Shown: positions 6,749 through 16,155 of the stretch, one piece after another | Position numbering within the stretch: position 1 is the first letter of the stretch | Layout of the letters: each line of letters opens with the position of its first letter | Source of the DNA: Candidatus Hermodarchaeota archaeon | GTDB taxonomy: Archaea > Asgardarchaeota > Hermodarchaeia > Hermodarchaeales > Hermodarchaeaceae | DNA: 22,274 nucleotides | Direction of reading: 5' to 3' | Assembly: GCA_016840065.1 (NCBI GenBank) | Contig: JAEOTB010000080.1 | Location: forward strand, 1 to 22,274 | Notes under the pieces: generated by a model | Told to the model about the DNA's origin: nothing | What the model saw: the letters and a program-made list of their open reading frames with translations, nothing else | The model's database searches: none | Translations under genes and position numbers: made by a program

Positions 6749-7561
6749 CTAGGAAGGATAATCAAGATCTCCAGACCAAAGGATTTGCTTCCCGGTGGGT
6801 GAGCTGATGATTAAGCTACCGTCGGGGGCAATATCCTTTGCGATACCCTGTACAACTCCTTCTGGTGTAGAGATAGTAACGCTTCTTCCCAGGTGATTGC
6901 AGAGCTTCCGCCAATGGGGTGCGATGGCAGGAAAGCCCTTGTCACGAAGCCGCAGATACCAATATTCTAACTGACCAATGAGATAACCAAAAAGTCTTGG
7001 TAAATCGATTGAGCGCTTCAGAGCCTCCTGAAGTGAGGATACCTTGGATTTCAAATCTTCTGGGAACTCGTCCAGAGGGGTGTTAACATTAACGCCTATA
7101 CCTACCACTGTGAATTCAACTTCACTTCCTTTGAGGCTTTGTTCGGCAAGAATCCCTGCCACCTTTAATTCACCAAGAAGCACATCATTAGGCCATTTCA
7201 AGCTAGCCTTCAGGCCATAGGCTTGTTGAAGAACCTTAGCAACTGCTACGCCTGCAGCCAGAGTGATGAGCTGTATCTCTGAGGGGGCTAGCATACTAGG
7301 ACGCAAGAGGAATGAGAAATAGAGCCCACCAAGCGGTGAGCGCCAAAATCGGGATAACCGCCCAACACCGGTTGTTTGGGTGTCAGCGAGAACGACAAGA
7401 CCTTCATCTTCACCTGCTTCCCCTCGAGCCTTCACAAAGGCGTTTGTGGAGGCTAGAACTCTGAAATGCTCAAGCCGCTTAAGAACAATGTGAGCAGCGT
7501 TAGAAAAAACATGCTGAAAGGGATCATCATGTGGCTCAATAGAAGCAGGCTGCTTGGCCAT
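6749..7561 (-). CDS. birA: Biotin--protein ligase (no HTH domain)
   Basis: STN, QTTGVGRLSRFWRSPLGGLYFS, KWPND, KVAGIL, GIGVNV and an SH3-like C-terminus. No N-terminal winged HTH. Confidence 0.93.
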   Translation of the reverse strand: MAKQPASIEPHDDPFQHVFSNAAHIVLKRLEHFRVLASTNAFVKARGEAGEDEGLVVLADTQTTGVGRLSRFWRSPLGGLYFSFLLRPSMLAPSEIQLITLAAGVAVAKVLQQAYGLKASLKWPNDVLLGELKVAGILAEQSLKGSEVEFTVVGIGVNVNTPLDEFPEDLKSKVSSLQEALKRSIDLPRLFGYLIGQLEYWYLRLRDKGFPAIAPHWRKLCNHLGRSVTISTPEGVVQGIAKDIAPDGSLIISSPTGKQILWSGDLDYPS

Positions 7562-7570
7562 GTAGAAACC

Positions 7571-7987
7571 TCAATAGGATGGCAGGTTGGATTCGTCTGC
7601 TCGCTGACAAAGCTCCAGCAGAACACCATTCGTGCTCTTTGGGTGAATAAAGGCGATCAGCATATTGCCTGCTCCTCGACGTGGCGTTTCGTCTATGAGT
7701 CTATAACCCTCTTCTCTTAACCGAGACAGTGCTTCCTCGATGTCTGGAACCTCAATCGCAACGTGATGAATACCTTCGCCTCTTTTCTCAATGAAACGAG
7801 CAATGACACCATCAGGGCTGGTTGATTCGAGGAGCTCAATACTTGAATCACCAATGGGTATGTGGACGGTCTTCACCTGTTGACTTTCCACAATCTCTGT
7901 GTGGTCAGGTTCTAAACCCAAATCCCTGTACAACTGCAGGGCGGCTTCTGCATCCTTAACTGCGATGCCAATGTGTGCAACACGCAT
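7571..7987 (-). CDS. mce: Methylmalonyl-CoA epimerase
   Basis: VOC-fold motifs HIGIAV, IELLE, FIEKRGEGIHHVA, AFIHPKSTNGVLLELC. Confidence 0.95.
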   Translation of the reverse strand: MRVAHIGIAVKDAEAALQLYRDLGLEPDHTEIVESQQVKTVHIPIGDSSIELLESTSPDGVIARFIEKRGEGIHHVAIEVPDIEEALSRLREEGYRLIDETPRRGAGNMLIAFIHPKSTNGVLLELCQRADESNLPSY

Positions 7988-8058
7988 ACTCTAATCGAAA
8001 CCTCCGAGCCACTAGAAACAGAATTACGCAAAAAAAGCTTCTGCTCTCACAGCCATTC

Positions 8059-8072
8059 CAAAGTTTTTATAT
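8059..8072 (+). promoter_or_regulatory. BRE/TATA-like element of the MFS gene (possibly leaderless transcript)
   Basis: AAAGTTTTTATAT ending about 25 nt before ATG 8097, with no RBS in between. Confidence 0.45.
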
Positions 8073-8096
8073 CGTTTAACATCCAAGAAAAGAACT

Positions 8097-9350
8097 ATGG
8101 GGATAACAGGAAGTCACAGTCAAGGTGCCAATCCAGATGATATCAGGTTGTACCTTGATAAAAATCTGTTAATCGTGTTTAGCGTAACACTGATGGCTGT
8201 GCTAGGTGTGGCAAGCATCAGTCCTGCAATCCCCACAATAGCCGCAGCGTGGAGCATCCCTGTAGGTGCAGAAAGCCTGCTCGTTTCAATATTCACCTTC
8301 CCTGGTGTCATCTTTACACCGATTCTAGGCATTTTGGCCGATCGTTTAGGAAGAAAAACCGTGCTCATCCCTTCATTGGTATTGTTCGCTCTGGCTGGTT
8401 TCTTCTGTGCTTTTGCTCCAAGCTACTTGTTTCTTCTGATATTCCGTTTCCTTCAAGGTATCGGGGCCGCTTCTCTGGGCTACTTAAATCTGACAATAAT
8501 CGGTGATTTGTATAAGGGTCAGGATAGAGCAAACGCGATGGCTTACAACGCTAGTGTAACCAGTATTGGGACAGCCGCCTATCCCGCTCTGGGAGGTTTT
8601 CTGGCGGTATTTGGTTGGTTTTTCCCCTTCTTCCTTCCTTTAATAGCCCTTCCCGTCGGAGTTATCACTCTTCTCGGGCTTGAAAATCCAGAACCAGAAG
8701 AAGAGAAAATGGGCTTTAGTAAATACATAGGAAACGCTTGGAGAGCAATGAGAAATCGTCAGGTCATCGGTGTTTTCGTTGGGAGCGGGATTACTTTCAT
8801 CATGTTATATGGCGTGGTCATCACTTACTTTCCCTCGTTTCTATATGCGGTGTTCGGGTTAGATCCCTTTGTTAGAGGTCTAGTTATCGCTAGCATGTCG
8901 ATTTTTACTGCAATAACCGCAACTCAAGTTGGCAAGTTGTCACAGCGTTACTCTGAACGAACGTTGATTATAGTAGCATTCCCCCTGTATTCCTTAGCGC
9001 TTGTTCTCATTCCCTTCTCACCTGTTTTTGGAGATACTCTGCTCCTTCTTCTCCCATCACTGGGTTCTTTTTTTCGGCTACTCCCACTCCTTATTCTTGT
9101 AGCTGTGTATGGTGTCGCTCAAGCCCTGAATATGCCTAGTCTTCAGACCTTATTGGCCAGACTAGCGCCTCCAGAATATCGAGCAGCTCTGATGTCAATC
9201 AATGGAACCCTCCTGCGTGTAGGCCAAACATTGGGTCCAATCATTATGGGTGTTGCCCTGCTTCTTTGGGGAATCAACTGGGTGTTTTGGGTTGGTGCCC
9301 TTTTTGGGATAATTATAGTCCCAATAGTCGCTGTCTCACTGAAAGCTTGA
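8097..9350 (+). CDS. Major facilitator superfamily transporter (DHA1-like)
   Basis: Motif A GILADRLGRKTVL, RFLQGIG, second-half GKLSQRYSERTL; about 12 hydrophobic segments in 417 aa. Confidence 0.9.
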   Translation: MGITGSHSQGANPDDIRLYLDKNLLIVFSVTLMAVLGVASISPAIPTIAAAWSIPVGAESLLVSIFTFPGVIFTPILGILADRLGRKTVLIPSLVLFALAGFFCAFAPSYLFLLIFRFLQGIGAASLGYLNLTIIGDLYKGQDRANAMAYNASVTSIGTAAYPALGGFLAVFGWFFPFFLPLIALPVGVITLLGLENPEPEEEKMGFSKYIGNAWRAMRNRQVIGVFVGSGITFIMLYGVVITYFPSFLYAVFGLDPFVRGLVIASMSIFTAITATQVGKLSQRYSERTLIIVAFPLYSLALVLIPFSPVFGDTLLLLLPSLGSFFRLLPLLILVAVYGVAQALNMPSLQTLLARLAPPEYRAALMSINGTLLRVGQTLGPIIMGVALLLWGINWVFWVGALFGIIIVPIVAVSLKA

Positions 9351-9358
9351 ATTAATTC

Positions 9359-11047
9359 CTAGAAAATCTGAGTGGGTTTATACTCGCCAAATACTCTTCG
9401 AAGTGTGTTGCATATCTCACCCAGAGTGGCTTTACACTCGACTGCATGGAGGATTGGTGGAAGCAAATTATCGGTTCCCTCCGCAGCTCTTAGTAACCCC
9501 TCCAGTGCTGATTCCACAGCTTTTGCATCTCTACTGCTGTGTAACCGTTCTAGCTTCAGTTTTAGTGCCTTCTCAACTGCAGGATCGACTCTGAGATAAT
9601 CGATAGACCGTTCATCCTCCTGTGCAACAAAGCGGTTGACACCTACCACCGTGCGCCTCTCTGTCTCGATTTCCTTCTGGTAACGGTAAGCGCTTTCCTG
9701 AATTTCACGCTGGATGTAGCCTGTCTCAATAGCCCTTAACACACCACCCATCTGGTCGATACGCTCCAAATAGGCTTCAACACCTTCCTCAATCTCGTAT
9801 GTTAGGTTCTCGATGAAATAGGAGCCAGCGAAGGGGTCAATCGTATTTATGACGCCACTTTCATGTGCGATGATTTGTTGTGTGCGGAGTGCAATTGTAG
9901 CCGCCTTTTCTGTAGGAAGAGCTAACGCTTCATCCATGGAGTTCGTATGGAGGGATTGTGTACCCCCCAGAACAGCTGCCAGTGCCTGCATCGCTACACG
10001 TACAATGTTATTTTCTGGTTGCTGCGCGGTAAGGCTACATCCTGCTGTTTGTGTATGGAAACGCAAGAGCCATGAGCGGGGGTTTTCTGCCCCAAAACGT
10101 TCCCGCATAATACGATACCAGAGACGTCGAGCAGCACGAAACTTGGCTACCTCCTCGAAGAGGTCGTTGTGCGAGCCAAAGAAGAAGGATAACCTGGGAG
10201 CAAACTCGTCCACCTTCAAACCAGCATCAAGAGCTGCTTGTACGTATGTGATGCCATTTGCGAAGGTGAACGCTAGTTCTTGAATAGCAGTGCTGCCTGC
10301 CTCACGGATGTGATACCCGCTTATGCTTATTGTGTTCCAGCGGGGCAACTCGGTACGACAGTAGGAAAATGTATCAGTGATTAGCCTCATGGAGGGTCCT
10401 GGCGGGAAAATGTAGGTGCCGCGGGCGATGTACTCTTTGAGGATGTCATTTTGAATTGTGCCCCGAAGGATATTCGGTTCTACATTCTGTCGCTTGGCGA
10501 TAGTTATGTACATGGCAAGTAGGACCGATGCAGGTGCATTAATGGTCATGCTGGTGCTTACCTTGTCGAGTGGGATATCCTGGAACAATGTTGCCATATC
10601 CTCAACCGAGGTAATGGCTACACCGCACTTGCCAACTTCACCTGCTGCCATCGGGTGGTCTGAGTCATAGCCTATCTGTGTTGGTAAATCAAAGGCTACG
10701 CTGAGTCCGGTCTGCCCCTGCTCAAGCAGATACCTGTAGCGTTCGTTGGTCTGTTCAGCAGTACCAAAACCCGAATACATACGCATTGTCCAAAGGCGTC
10801 CTCGGTACATTGTAGGGTAGACTCCTCGCGTAAAAGGAGGTTCTCCGGGAAACCCTAAATCCCGCGTATAATCAAAATCCTTCAGATCCTCTAGTGAATA
10901 CAAGCGATTGACTGGTTGACTGGAGGTGGTAACAAACTCTGCGGGGCGTTCAGGGACCTTCTCAAGAAATGGTCGAAGTACCTTGTCTTCCCATTCGCGG
11001 CGGGCATCAGAATCCGTCTTCCGTTTTCTTCGTTGTTTTTCAGGCAA
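9359..11047 (-). CDS. mcmA1: Methylmalonyl-CoA mutase, substrate-binding (large) subunit of a split enzyme
   Basis: [21 protein letters not shown] (Tyr specificity residue), [12 protein letters not shown] (Arg specificity residue), [20 protein letters not shown]. No DxHxxG B12-binding domain. Confidence 0.95.
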   Translation of the reverse strand: MPEKQRRKRKTDSDARREWEDKVLRPFLEKVPERPAEFVTTSSQPVNRLYSLEDLKDFDYTRDLGFPGEPPFTRGVYPTMYRGRLWTMRMYSGFGTAEQTNERYRYLLEQGQTGLSVAFDLPTQIGYDSDHPMAAGEVGKCGVAITSVEDMATLFQDIPLDKVSTSMTINAPASVLLAMYITIAKRQNVEPNILRGTIQNDILKEYIARGTYIFPPGPSMRLITDTFSYCRTELPRWNTISISGYHIREAGSTAIQELAFTFANGITYVQAALDAGLKVDEFAPRLSFFFGSHNDLFEEVAKFRAARRLWYRIMRERFGAENPRSWLLRFHTQTAGCSLTAQQPENNIVRVAMQALAAVLGGTQSLHTNSMDEALALPTEKAATIALRTQQIIAHESGVINTIDPFAGSYFIENLTYEIEEGVEAYLERIDQMGGVLRAIETGYIQREIQESAYRYQKEIETERRTVVGVNRFVAQEDERSIDYLRVDPAVEKALKLKLERLHSSRDAKAVESALEGLLRAAEGTDNLLPPILHAVECKATLGEICNTLRRVFGEYKPTQIF

Positions 11048-11111
11048 GTTAACCCACCCAAGAAGGTCTTTCTAATAATGATGCTTCAACTAATTAAAAT
11101 GCAGTTCTTAT

Positions 11112-11675
11112 CTAGTATTCGACACCGCGCCGAGCAGATATTCCCTTCTGATAGGGGTGCTTCACTTCTATTATCTTTGAAACCAAGTCAGCTAGTTTCA
11201 TGATGGCTGGTCTTGCGTAGCGACCGGTTAAGACCAGCTCCATTTGGGGTGGGCGGTTGTTGATTAAGTCAATGACAGAATCCTCTGTGATTAATCCCCA
11301 GTCGATGGCACAGTTTACCTCGTCAAGAATCAGGAAGTCCACCTCTCCTCCATCCATTATCTCCTTGGCGTGTCGAAGAGCTTCCTCTGCAAACCTGATG
11401 TCTCGTGGGTCAGGGTTGTGTCGGTCAACAAACTCTGGGCGTCCAAACATCCGAATCGTGAAGTTGGGTAGCCGCTTTACTGCTTCCAGTTCTCCATACT
11501 TGATTTGCCCTTTCATAAACATAATAACATGAACACGAAATCCATGACCGGCAGCTCGAAGCCCAAGGCCAAGGGCAGCGGTTGTTTTTCCTTTTCCAGA
11601 GCCTGTGTAGACTTGAACGAGGCCTTGGTGTGTTTCTTCTTGTTGACCGTTTGCTGTTGTCTGCATTTTGCACAC
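11112..11675 (-). CDS. cobO: Cob(I)alamin adenosyltransferase, CobA/BtuR/CobO type
   Basis: VYTGSGKGKTTAALG, FMKG...YGE, LILDEV, ELVLTGR, ADLVS..KHPY..G..ARRGVEY. The start could be ATG 11666. Confidence 0.94.
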   Translation of the reverse strand: MCKMQTTANGQQEETHQGLVQVYTGSGKGKTTAALGLGLRAAGHGFRVHVIMFMKGQIKYGELEAVKRLPNFTIRMFGRPEFVDRHNPDPRDIRFAEEALRHAKEIMDGGEVDFLILDEVNCAIDWGLITEDSVIDLINNRPPQMELVLTGRYARPAIMKLADLVSKIIEVKHPYQKGISARRGVEY

Positions 11676-11803
11676 CTTTTTGCCAGATTCTTCTTAGTTA
11701 CATTTAATGTATTCGTCTAGCAAGGTGTATTCTAGATCCAGTGTATCCTCAATTTAGTGAAGCATGTATAGAAAAGGTGCAGGAGCTATGGCCAATCGAT
11801 GTG

Positions 11804-12694
11804 TTAGCCGCCGTGTCTGTGTACTTCGTCTTCGAGTCCACGGATTGCTGCTTTGAGTCGGAGTCGTTCATCTACATAGTCATCACCCTCGATTCTACGT
11901 TTTCGGAATCTGTCATCGAGGGCGGATAACTCCTTTTTGAGTTTCCTGATGCGTTGCTGAAGCTGGTCCACGAAACTAACAGTGCGACCTTCAGCTCCTG
12001 CTGCTAGATCTGCAGGTGTATAGCTGGCTTTGATGACCCCATCTTCTATCCGTAAAATCCGTTTTGTAGCAGCAGCCACGATTGGATTGTGAGTCACTAC
12101 AATTATGGTTTTTTTATGCTTCTTGTTGATACGGACAAGAAAATCAACGATAATCTGGGATGTTTCAGAGTCCAGCTCTCCTGTTGGTTCATCAGCAAGG
12201 AGAATCGGAGGGTCATTTGCGAGTGCTGCAGCAATAGCTACCCGCTGCTGTTCGCCACCACTCAGTTCATCAGGTTTGTGTCCCGCCCTGTCGGTCAATT
12301 GCACTGTTTCAAGAAGTGATTCGACACGCTCTTTTCGCTCACTACGAGGAACCTGACCCACAATCATAGGTAGCGCAACGTTTTCCGCAGCTGACAATGT
12401 GGGCACAAGGTTCAGAGTTTGGAAAATATGTCCAACCACGCGGCGCCGGTACATGACGAGTTGTTTGCGTTCAAGAAAGGTAACATCTACATCCCCAACC
12501 TTAGCCTCGCCAGCAGTGGCACGGTCGAGGCCACCGAGAATATTGAGAAGAGTCGTCTTGCCTGCTCCTGAGGGCCCCATAACTGTAACAATTTCTCCCT
12601 CTTTGACTCGCATGGAAAGCCCTCGTAACGCGCGGACCTCAACATTTCCCATCCGATAAACACGAACTAAATCTTTTACTTCTATGAAAGCCAT
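11804..12694 (-). CDS. ABC ATPase, LolD/MacB/FtsE-like, with a C-terminal helical extension
   Basis: Walker [19 protein letters not shown], Walker [15 protein letters not shown]. Start taken as ATG 12694 (GGTGA RBS); the ORF track extends to GTG 12703. Confidence 0.92.
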   Translation of the reverse strand: MAFIEVKDLVRVYRMGNVEVRALRGLSMRVKEGEIVTVMGPSGAGKTTLLNILGGLDRATAGEAKVGDVDVTFLERKQLVMYRRRVVGHIFQTLNLVPTLSAAENVALPMIVGQVPRSERKERVESLLETVQLTDRAGHKPDELSGGEQQRVAIAAALANDPPILLADEPTGELDSETSQIIVDFLVRINKKHKKTIIVVTHNPIVAAATKRILRIEDGVIKASYTPADLAAGAEGRTVSFVDQLQQRIRKLKKELSALDDRFRKRRIEGDDYVDERLRLKAAIRGLEDEVHRHGG

Positions 12695-12699
12695 CCTTT

Positions 12700-15495
12700 T
12701 CACCTTAATACTGAGACATCATAACGAGCATTTCGAGCTTCAATTAGAATTGGGATAAGAGTGAATAGCAACAATAAACCGATGATTGCTCCAATCTGGA
12801 GGAGAACAGAAATGACATAGGGTGCTGGCATAAAACGCGGCACTACCAGCTGTGGGATAATAGACGTACCTGCTCCTCCTTGTACAACACCATACAAAAC
12901 TATGAATCCCACAAACAGCCCAACTAGGAGGGCAAGGCAAATCATAGTAAGTGACTCTGCCATAAGCATCACTACAGTCTGTCCGTAAGTGGTGCCTCGC
13001 GCGCTCATCAACGCGGTGGTCGTTCGTCGCTCTCGGAGTGTCAGATAGATTACAACAACGGTGCCTACCGATGCCAGAATGAAGGCGAAGAGAACTCCCA
13101 TCCTGGTCATATTATCCCTCGAGTTGAGTAGAATACTCGTGTTATACTCGTCAAGGATATCCACAGATGATTCAATCGAAATAATATCGGTGTATGCTTC
13201 TAGCGCTTCAATTACTGCGTTGTTATCTTGAGGTGACTCTAGGGAAATCAGAATGTTACCTGTTGACGTAACATTAGACCAAAGCTCTATCAATAATTCC
13301 AAAGATACGAATGAATAAGTTTGTTCAGCAAGCCACTCACTCCAGAAAGGAAGTATGGACATCTGTTCTGGCTTAGGTCCGAATAACCCAAGAATCGTCA
13401 AGGAAACGGCACTACTTGATGGGAAAATCGATAACTCTTCTCCTATCTTCAAACCCATATTCTCTGCCCTTAGATACTCTAGTATGATGCTATGATTATC
13501 GCTGGCTAAAGCATCTAGAGCTATCGGGGCTGGAACACCTGAGAACCATTCAGGCTCGAAATAGGCCACTTCCCTCCACTCACTAACGTTGATGGCATAA
13601 GCCTGTATTTGACCCATCGCGGTGGAGACATAAAAGTCGTGCAGGGAAGCTGCTCCCCGCACACCATCAATTCCACGGATTAAGGGTAGCAGATAGGTGA
13701 CGTTCTCAGGATGTCTAGTTGATACTTTGATATCAGCACCTACCTCGGCAAAAACGCTACGAACGGTGAAATCTTGACTAGTAGCTAAAGTGCCCACCGT
13801 CTGTACACTATAACCAACTAACAAAGCGCCAATGAAAACAATAGCGGCAGTGCGACCAGGTCTTCTTCGAATGTTATGGGCTGCCAATCCGCCTAAAGAA
13901 CCGAGAAGGCGACGAATCGCCCCTTCTGCATACCGGTAGAAGCGGTCTGAACCTTTTATGAGAACCATACTGAAACCATAAAAGAAGAACAAAGGTGCCC
14001 AGAATCCCAACAATGTATCAACAACAGACCAGATGCCCAATAATATAGCGAAAACAGGGTTTGTGAACATCATTCCCGTCATAATTTCCATTACATTGAT
14101 TCCTAGGATCCAAACCGCCAGCTTGTAGGCTCCCAGAATCAGGAGGGTCCAGGTCAGCAATTTTCGGTAGCCCACCGGCTCGCCAGCTAGAGTATATTCC
14201 CTGACCGCTTCTGCTGTCGGTATCTGAGCTGCCCTCTTAGCGGGAAAGTAGGTTGAAAACGCAGCAAGAACTATCCCAAAAGAAAAGGTAAGAAATATCG
14301 TATCAAATCCCAGTAGCCCGGGGTTGAGGAGAGTGTAGGTTCCTATTCCAAGGAAGAAAGGAACGACTAGAAAGGATAAGCCTAGAGCTAAGCCGCTAGC
14401 GACGAATCCGATGAGAACAGATTCGATGATGAACATGCTAGTGATTTGGCTGCGGGTGAATCCTTTAGTGAGGAGCAAACCGACTTCTCGGCGCCGCCTA
14501 GAGAAAGTCACATCATTCAAGGTTATGCCCATGTAAAATGCTACGAAGAACACGGGCATCGAAACCTGTAGAAACGTCATCCGATGCACTTCGGAGAGCC
14601 CCACAAACAAGTTTAACGCGTCGGCAAGATAATTGCGCAGGCTCCACGGGTCCCCGTATTCATCTGGTAAAGCGTTTGAAATCTGGTATCCGAGTTGATT
14701 GATGCTCTGCAGGGACCCTTGAATATCGTAGGGGTTGATGAGAGCAGCTCGATCAAGATAGATGTAGGTTTTCGGCTCCAAAGTGCATCTGTGGCTATTG
14801 TTTAGTGCTTCTGCTGAGTCTAGTAAGGGTAACATGGTCTGCTCATGGTCAACGATGAAACAGCTGGTATAACGCCAAATAAGGTCGGCATAGAAATTGT
14901 AACCATATCCCATAGGTTCGATTAGGCTTCTCTCTGTGTGTTCATCTATCAAGATGTGGCCAACAACTTGCAAAGACACATTGACAAGCAGTTCTGGGTC
15001 AGGGTACTCCAATACAATTTCGTATTGAATCGTATAATTACTTCCAATGGGATAGTTCTCAATGCTAGCTGAATCTACTACGATATAGGTTTCATTGGCG
15101 CTAAGACTTGTATCACCATCTAAGATAGTAATCCTATCATAGAATGAGGAATTCGCTTGGATTCCGAAAGTGTAGATCTCGCCTGAGTTCATTGTGGAGC
15201 TGTTACGATGTGCCACAATGTTTTCCGTTCGGACTACATTGGGTACTGACTCGATGATTTGTCGCAGATTATACAACTGTGAAGTATTAGCTAGAAGTCC
15301 ATACCAGGTTGGGAACCTGTAGATCATGTCTACTGGAACGTCTTCTAGGGTTTCGTTCATCATTTCAGACAGGATGGCGTTGGCTCCGACATTAGAGCTG
15401 GCAAAGAGGGTGGAGGCAATCAGGACTCCCACAAGTGTTGCCGCGAACAGTCTCCAGTTACGCGCAGCTCGCTTCAAAGAGAACCCGAACACCAA
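12700..15495 (-). CDS. Large FtsX/MacB-like ABC permease (two repeats)
   Basis: Two sets of N-terminal TM + large extracellular domain + FtsX motif (RRREVGLLLTKGFT and ERRTTTALMSARG). Directly upstream of the LolD-like ATPase. Confidence 0.9.
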   Translation of the reverse strand: MVFGFSLKRAARNWRLFAATLVGVLIASTLFASSNVGANAILSEMMNETLEDVPVDMIYRFPTWYGLLANTSQLYNLRQIIESVPNVVRTENIVAHRNSSTMNSGEIYTFGIQANSSFYDRITILDGDTSLSANETYIVVDSASIENYPIGSNYTIQYEIVLEYPDPELLVNVSLQVVGHILIDEHTERSLIEPMGYGYNFYADLIWRYTSCFIVDHEQTMLPLLDSAEALNNSHRCTLEPKTYIYLDRAALINPYDIQGSLQSINQLGYQISNALPDEYGDPWSLRNYLADALNLFVGLSEVHRMTFLQVSMPVFFVAFYMGITLNDVTFSRRRREVGLLLTKGFTRSQITSMFIIESVLIGFVASGLALGLSFLVVPFFLGIGTYTLLNPGLLGFDTIFLTFSFGIVLAAFSTYFPAKRAAQIPTAEAVREYTLAGEPVGYRKLLTWTLLILGAYKLAVWILGINVMEIMTGMMFTNPVFAILLGIWSVVDTLLGFWAPLFFFYGFSMVLIKGSDRFYRYAEGAIRRLLGSLGGLAAHNIRRRPGRTAAIVFIGALLVGYSVQTVGTLATSQDFTVRSVFAEVGADIKVSTRHPENVTYLLPLIRGIDGVRGAASLHDFYVSTAMGQIQAYAINVSEWREVAYFEPEWFSGVPAPIALDALASDNHSIILEYLRAENMGLKIGEELSIFPSSSAVSLTILGLFGPKPEQMSILPFWSEWLAEQTYSFVSLELLIELWSNVTSTGNILISLESPQDNNAVIEALEAYTDIISIESSVDILDEYNTSILLNSRDNMTRMGVLFAFILASVGTVVVIYLTLRERRTTTALMSARGTTYGQTVVMLMAESLTMICLALLVGLFVGFIVLYGVVQGGAGTSIIPQLVVPRFMPAPYVISVLLQIGAIIGLLLLFTLIPILIEARNARYDVSVLR

Positions 15496-15525
15496 AATCC
15501 CTTCTCAGAGTTATTTTCTTTCCTT

Positions 15526-15543
15526 ATCTAAAAGCTTTTAGAT
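15526..15543. promoter_or_regulatory. Perfect 18-bp palindrome in a divergent intergenic region; candidate bidirectional BRE/TATA or operator
   Basis: ATCTAAAAGCTTTTAGAT reads AAAAGC-TTTTAGAT on both strands; 30 bp from start 15495 (-) and 52 bp from start 15596 (+). Confidence 0.55.
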
Positions 15544-15595
15544 TGTGAACTCCCTACTCACATACACTGGGAAACTTCAGATTGGAGGTTGAAAT

Positions 15596-16084
15596 GTGTT
15601 TTCTGAGCGTTCTGAACCCATAAGCGAATTGATCAAGGGCAATCCAGAGAAGCCCCTACGTGAACCAGCACTAGCCCTCCTTGCCTGCCTCTTCAACCTC
15701 TACCAGGTTCTTGAACTTTCCCGTACTCTTTCCCAGACTGCTCAAGTGACTTACCTTGACCCATGGTTTGGTGGTTTCTGGTACCAGCAGATGATGGTTG
15801 GTATGCTCTCCGGGCTAATTTGGTGGAATATCGCATTCTCGTTGATACTCCTCATAGGAGCTGCAATCGTCTACTTCGTACACCGTCGTGTAGGAGGAGT
15901 TCTCATTCTGGTAATCTCTGTCATTGCTTTGTTTGTCAGTTTCTTCGCGATGAGTATGTTTTTTGCGAACTTCTTGGGTGCAATAACTGCTCTTCTCAGC
16001 GCGGTCTTTGGGATGGTCGCTGGAATATCTGGTACTCGCGGGGAAAGAACATCAACATCGACACAGGTTCAAGAAATCATCTAG
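15596..16084 (+). CDS. Hypothetical membrane protein (about 4 TM helices)
   Basis: GGAGGT RBS at 15584-15589, GTG start, four hydrophobic segments. No family recognised. Confidence 0.75.
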   Translation: MFSERSEPISELIKGNPEKPLREPALALLACLFNLYQVLELSRTLSQTAQVTYLDPWFGGFWYQQMMVGMLSGLIWWNIAFSLILLIGAAIVYFVHRRVGGVLILVISVIALFVSFFAMSMFFANFLGAITALLSAVFGMVAGISGTRGERTSTSTQVQEII

Positions 16085-16155
16085 CAGGAAAGCCTTTACT
16101 AGCACTTTCCCAAAAATACTTCAGGGCTAAGAAAGATTAGTACACCAGACCTATC

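Noticed and set aside
5885-8050. 11-mer TCTGCTCTCAC in two intergenic regions (5885-5895 and 8040-8050)
   Set aside because: Only two copies. One shared 11-mer is about what chance gives in this much sequence, and the positions relative to promoters differ.
9359-11047. Mutase as isobutyryl-CoA or 2-hydroxyisobutyryl-CoA mutase
   Set aside because: The specificity positions are Tyr and Arg, as in methylmalonyl-CoA mutase, and an epimerase is nearby.
15594-15623. Out-of-frame ATG 2 nt before GTG 15596, giving MCFLSVLNP*
   Set aside because: Could compete for the same RBS, but there is no other evidence, and RBS spacing fits the GTG at least as well.
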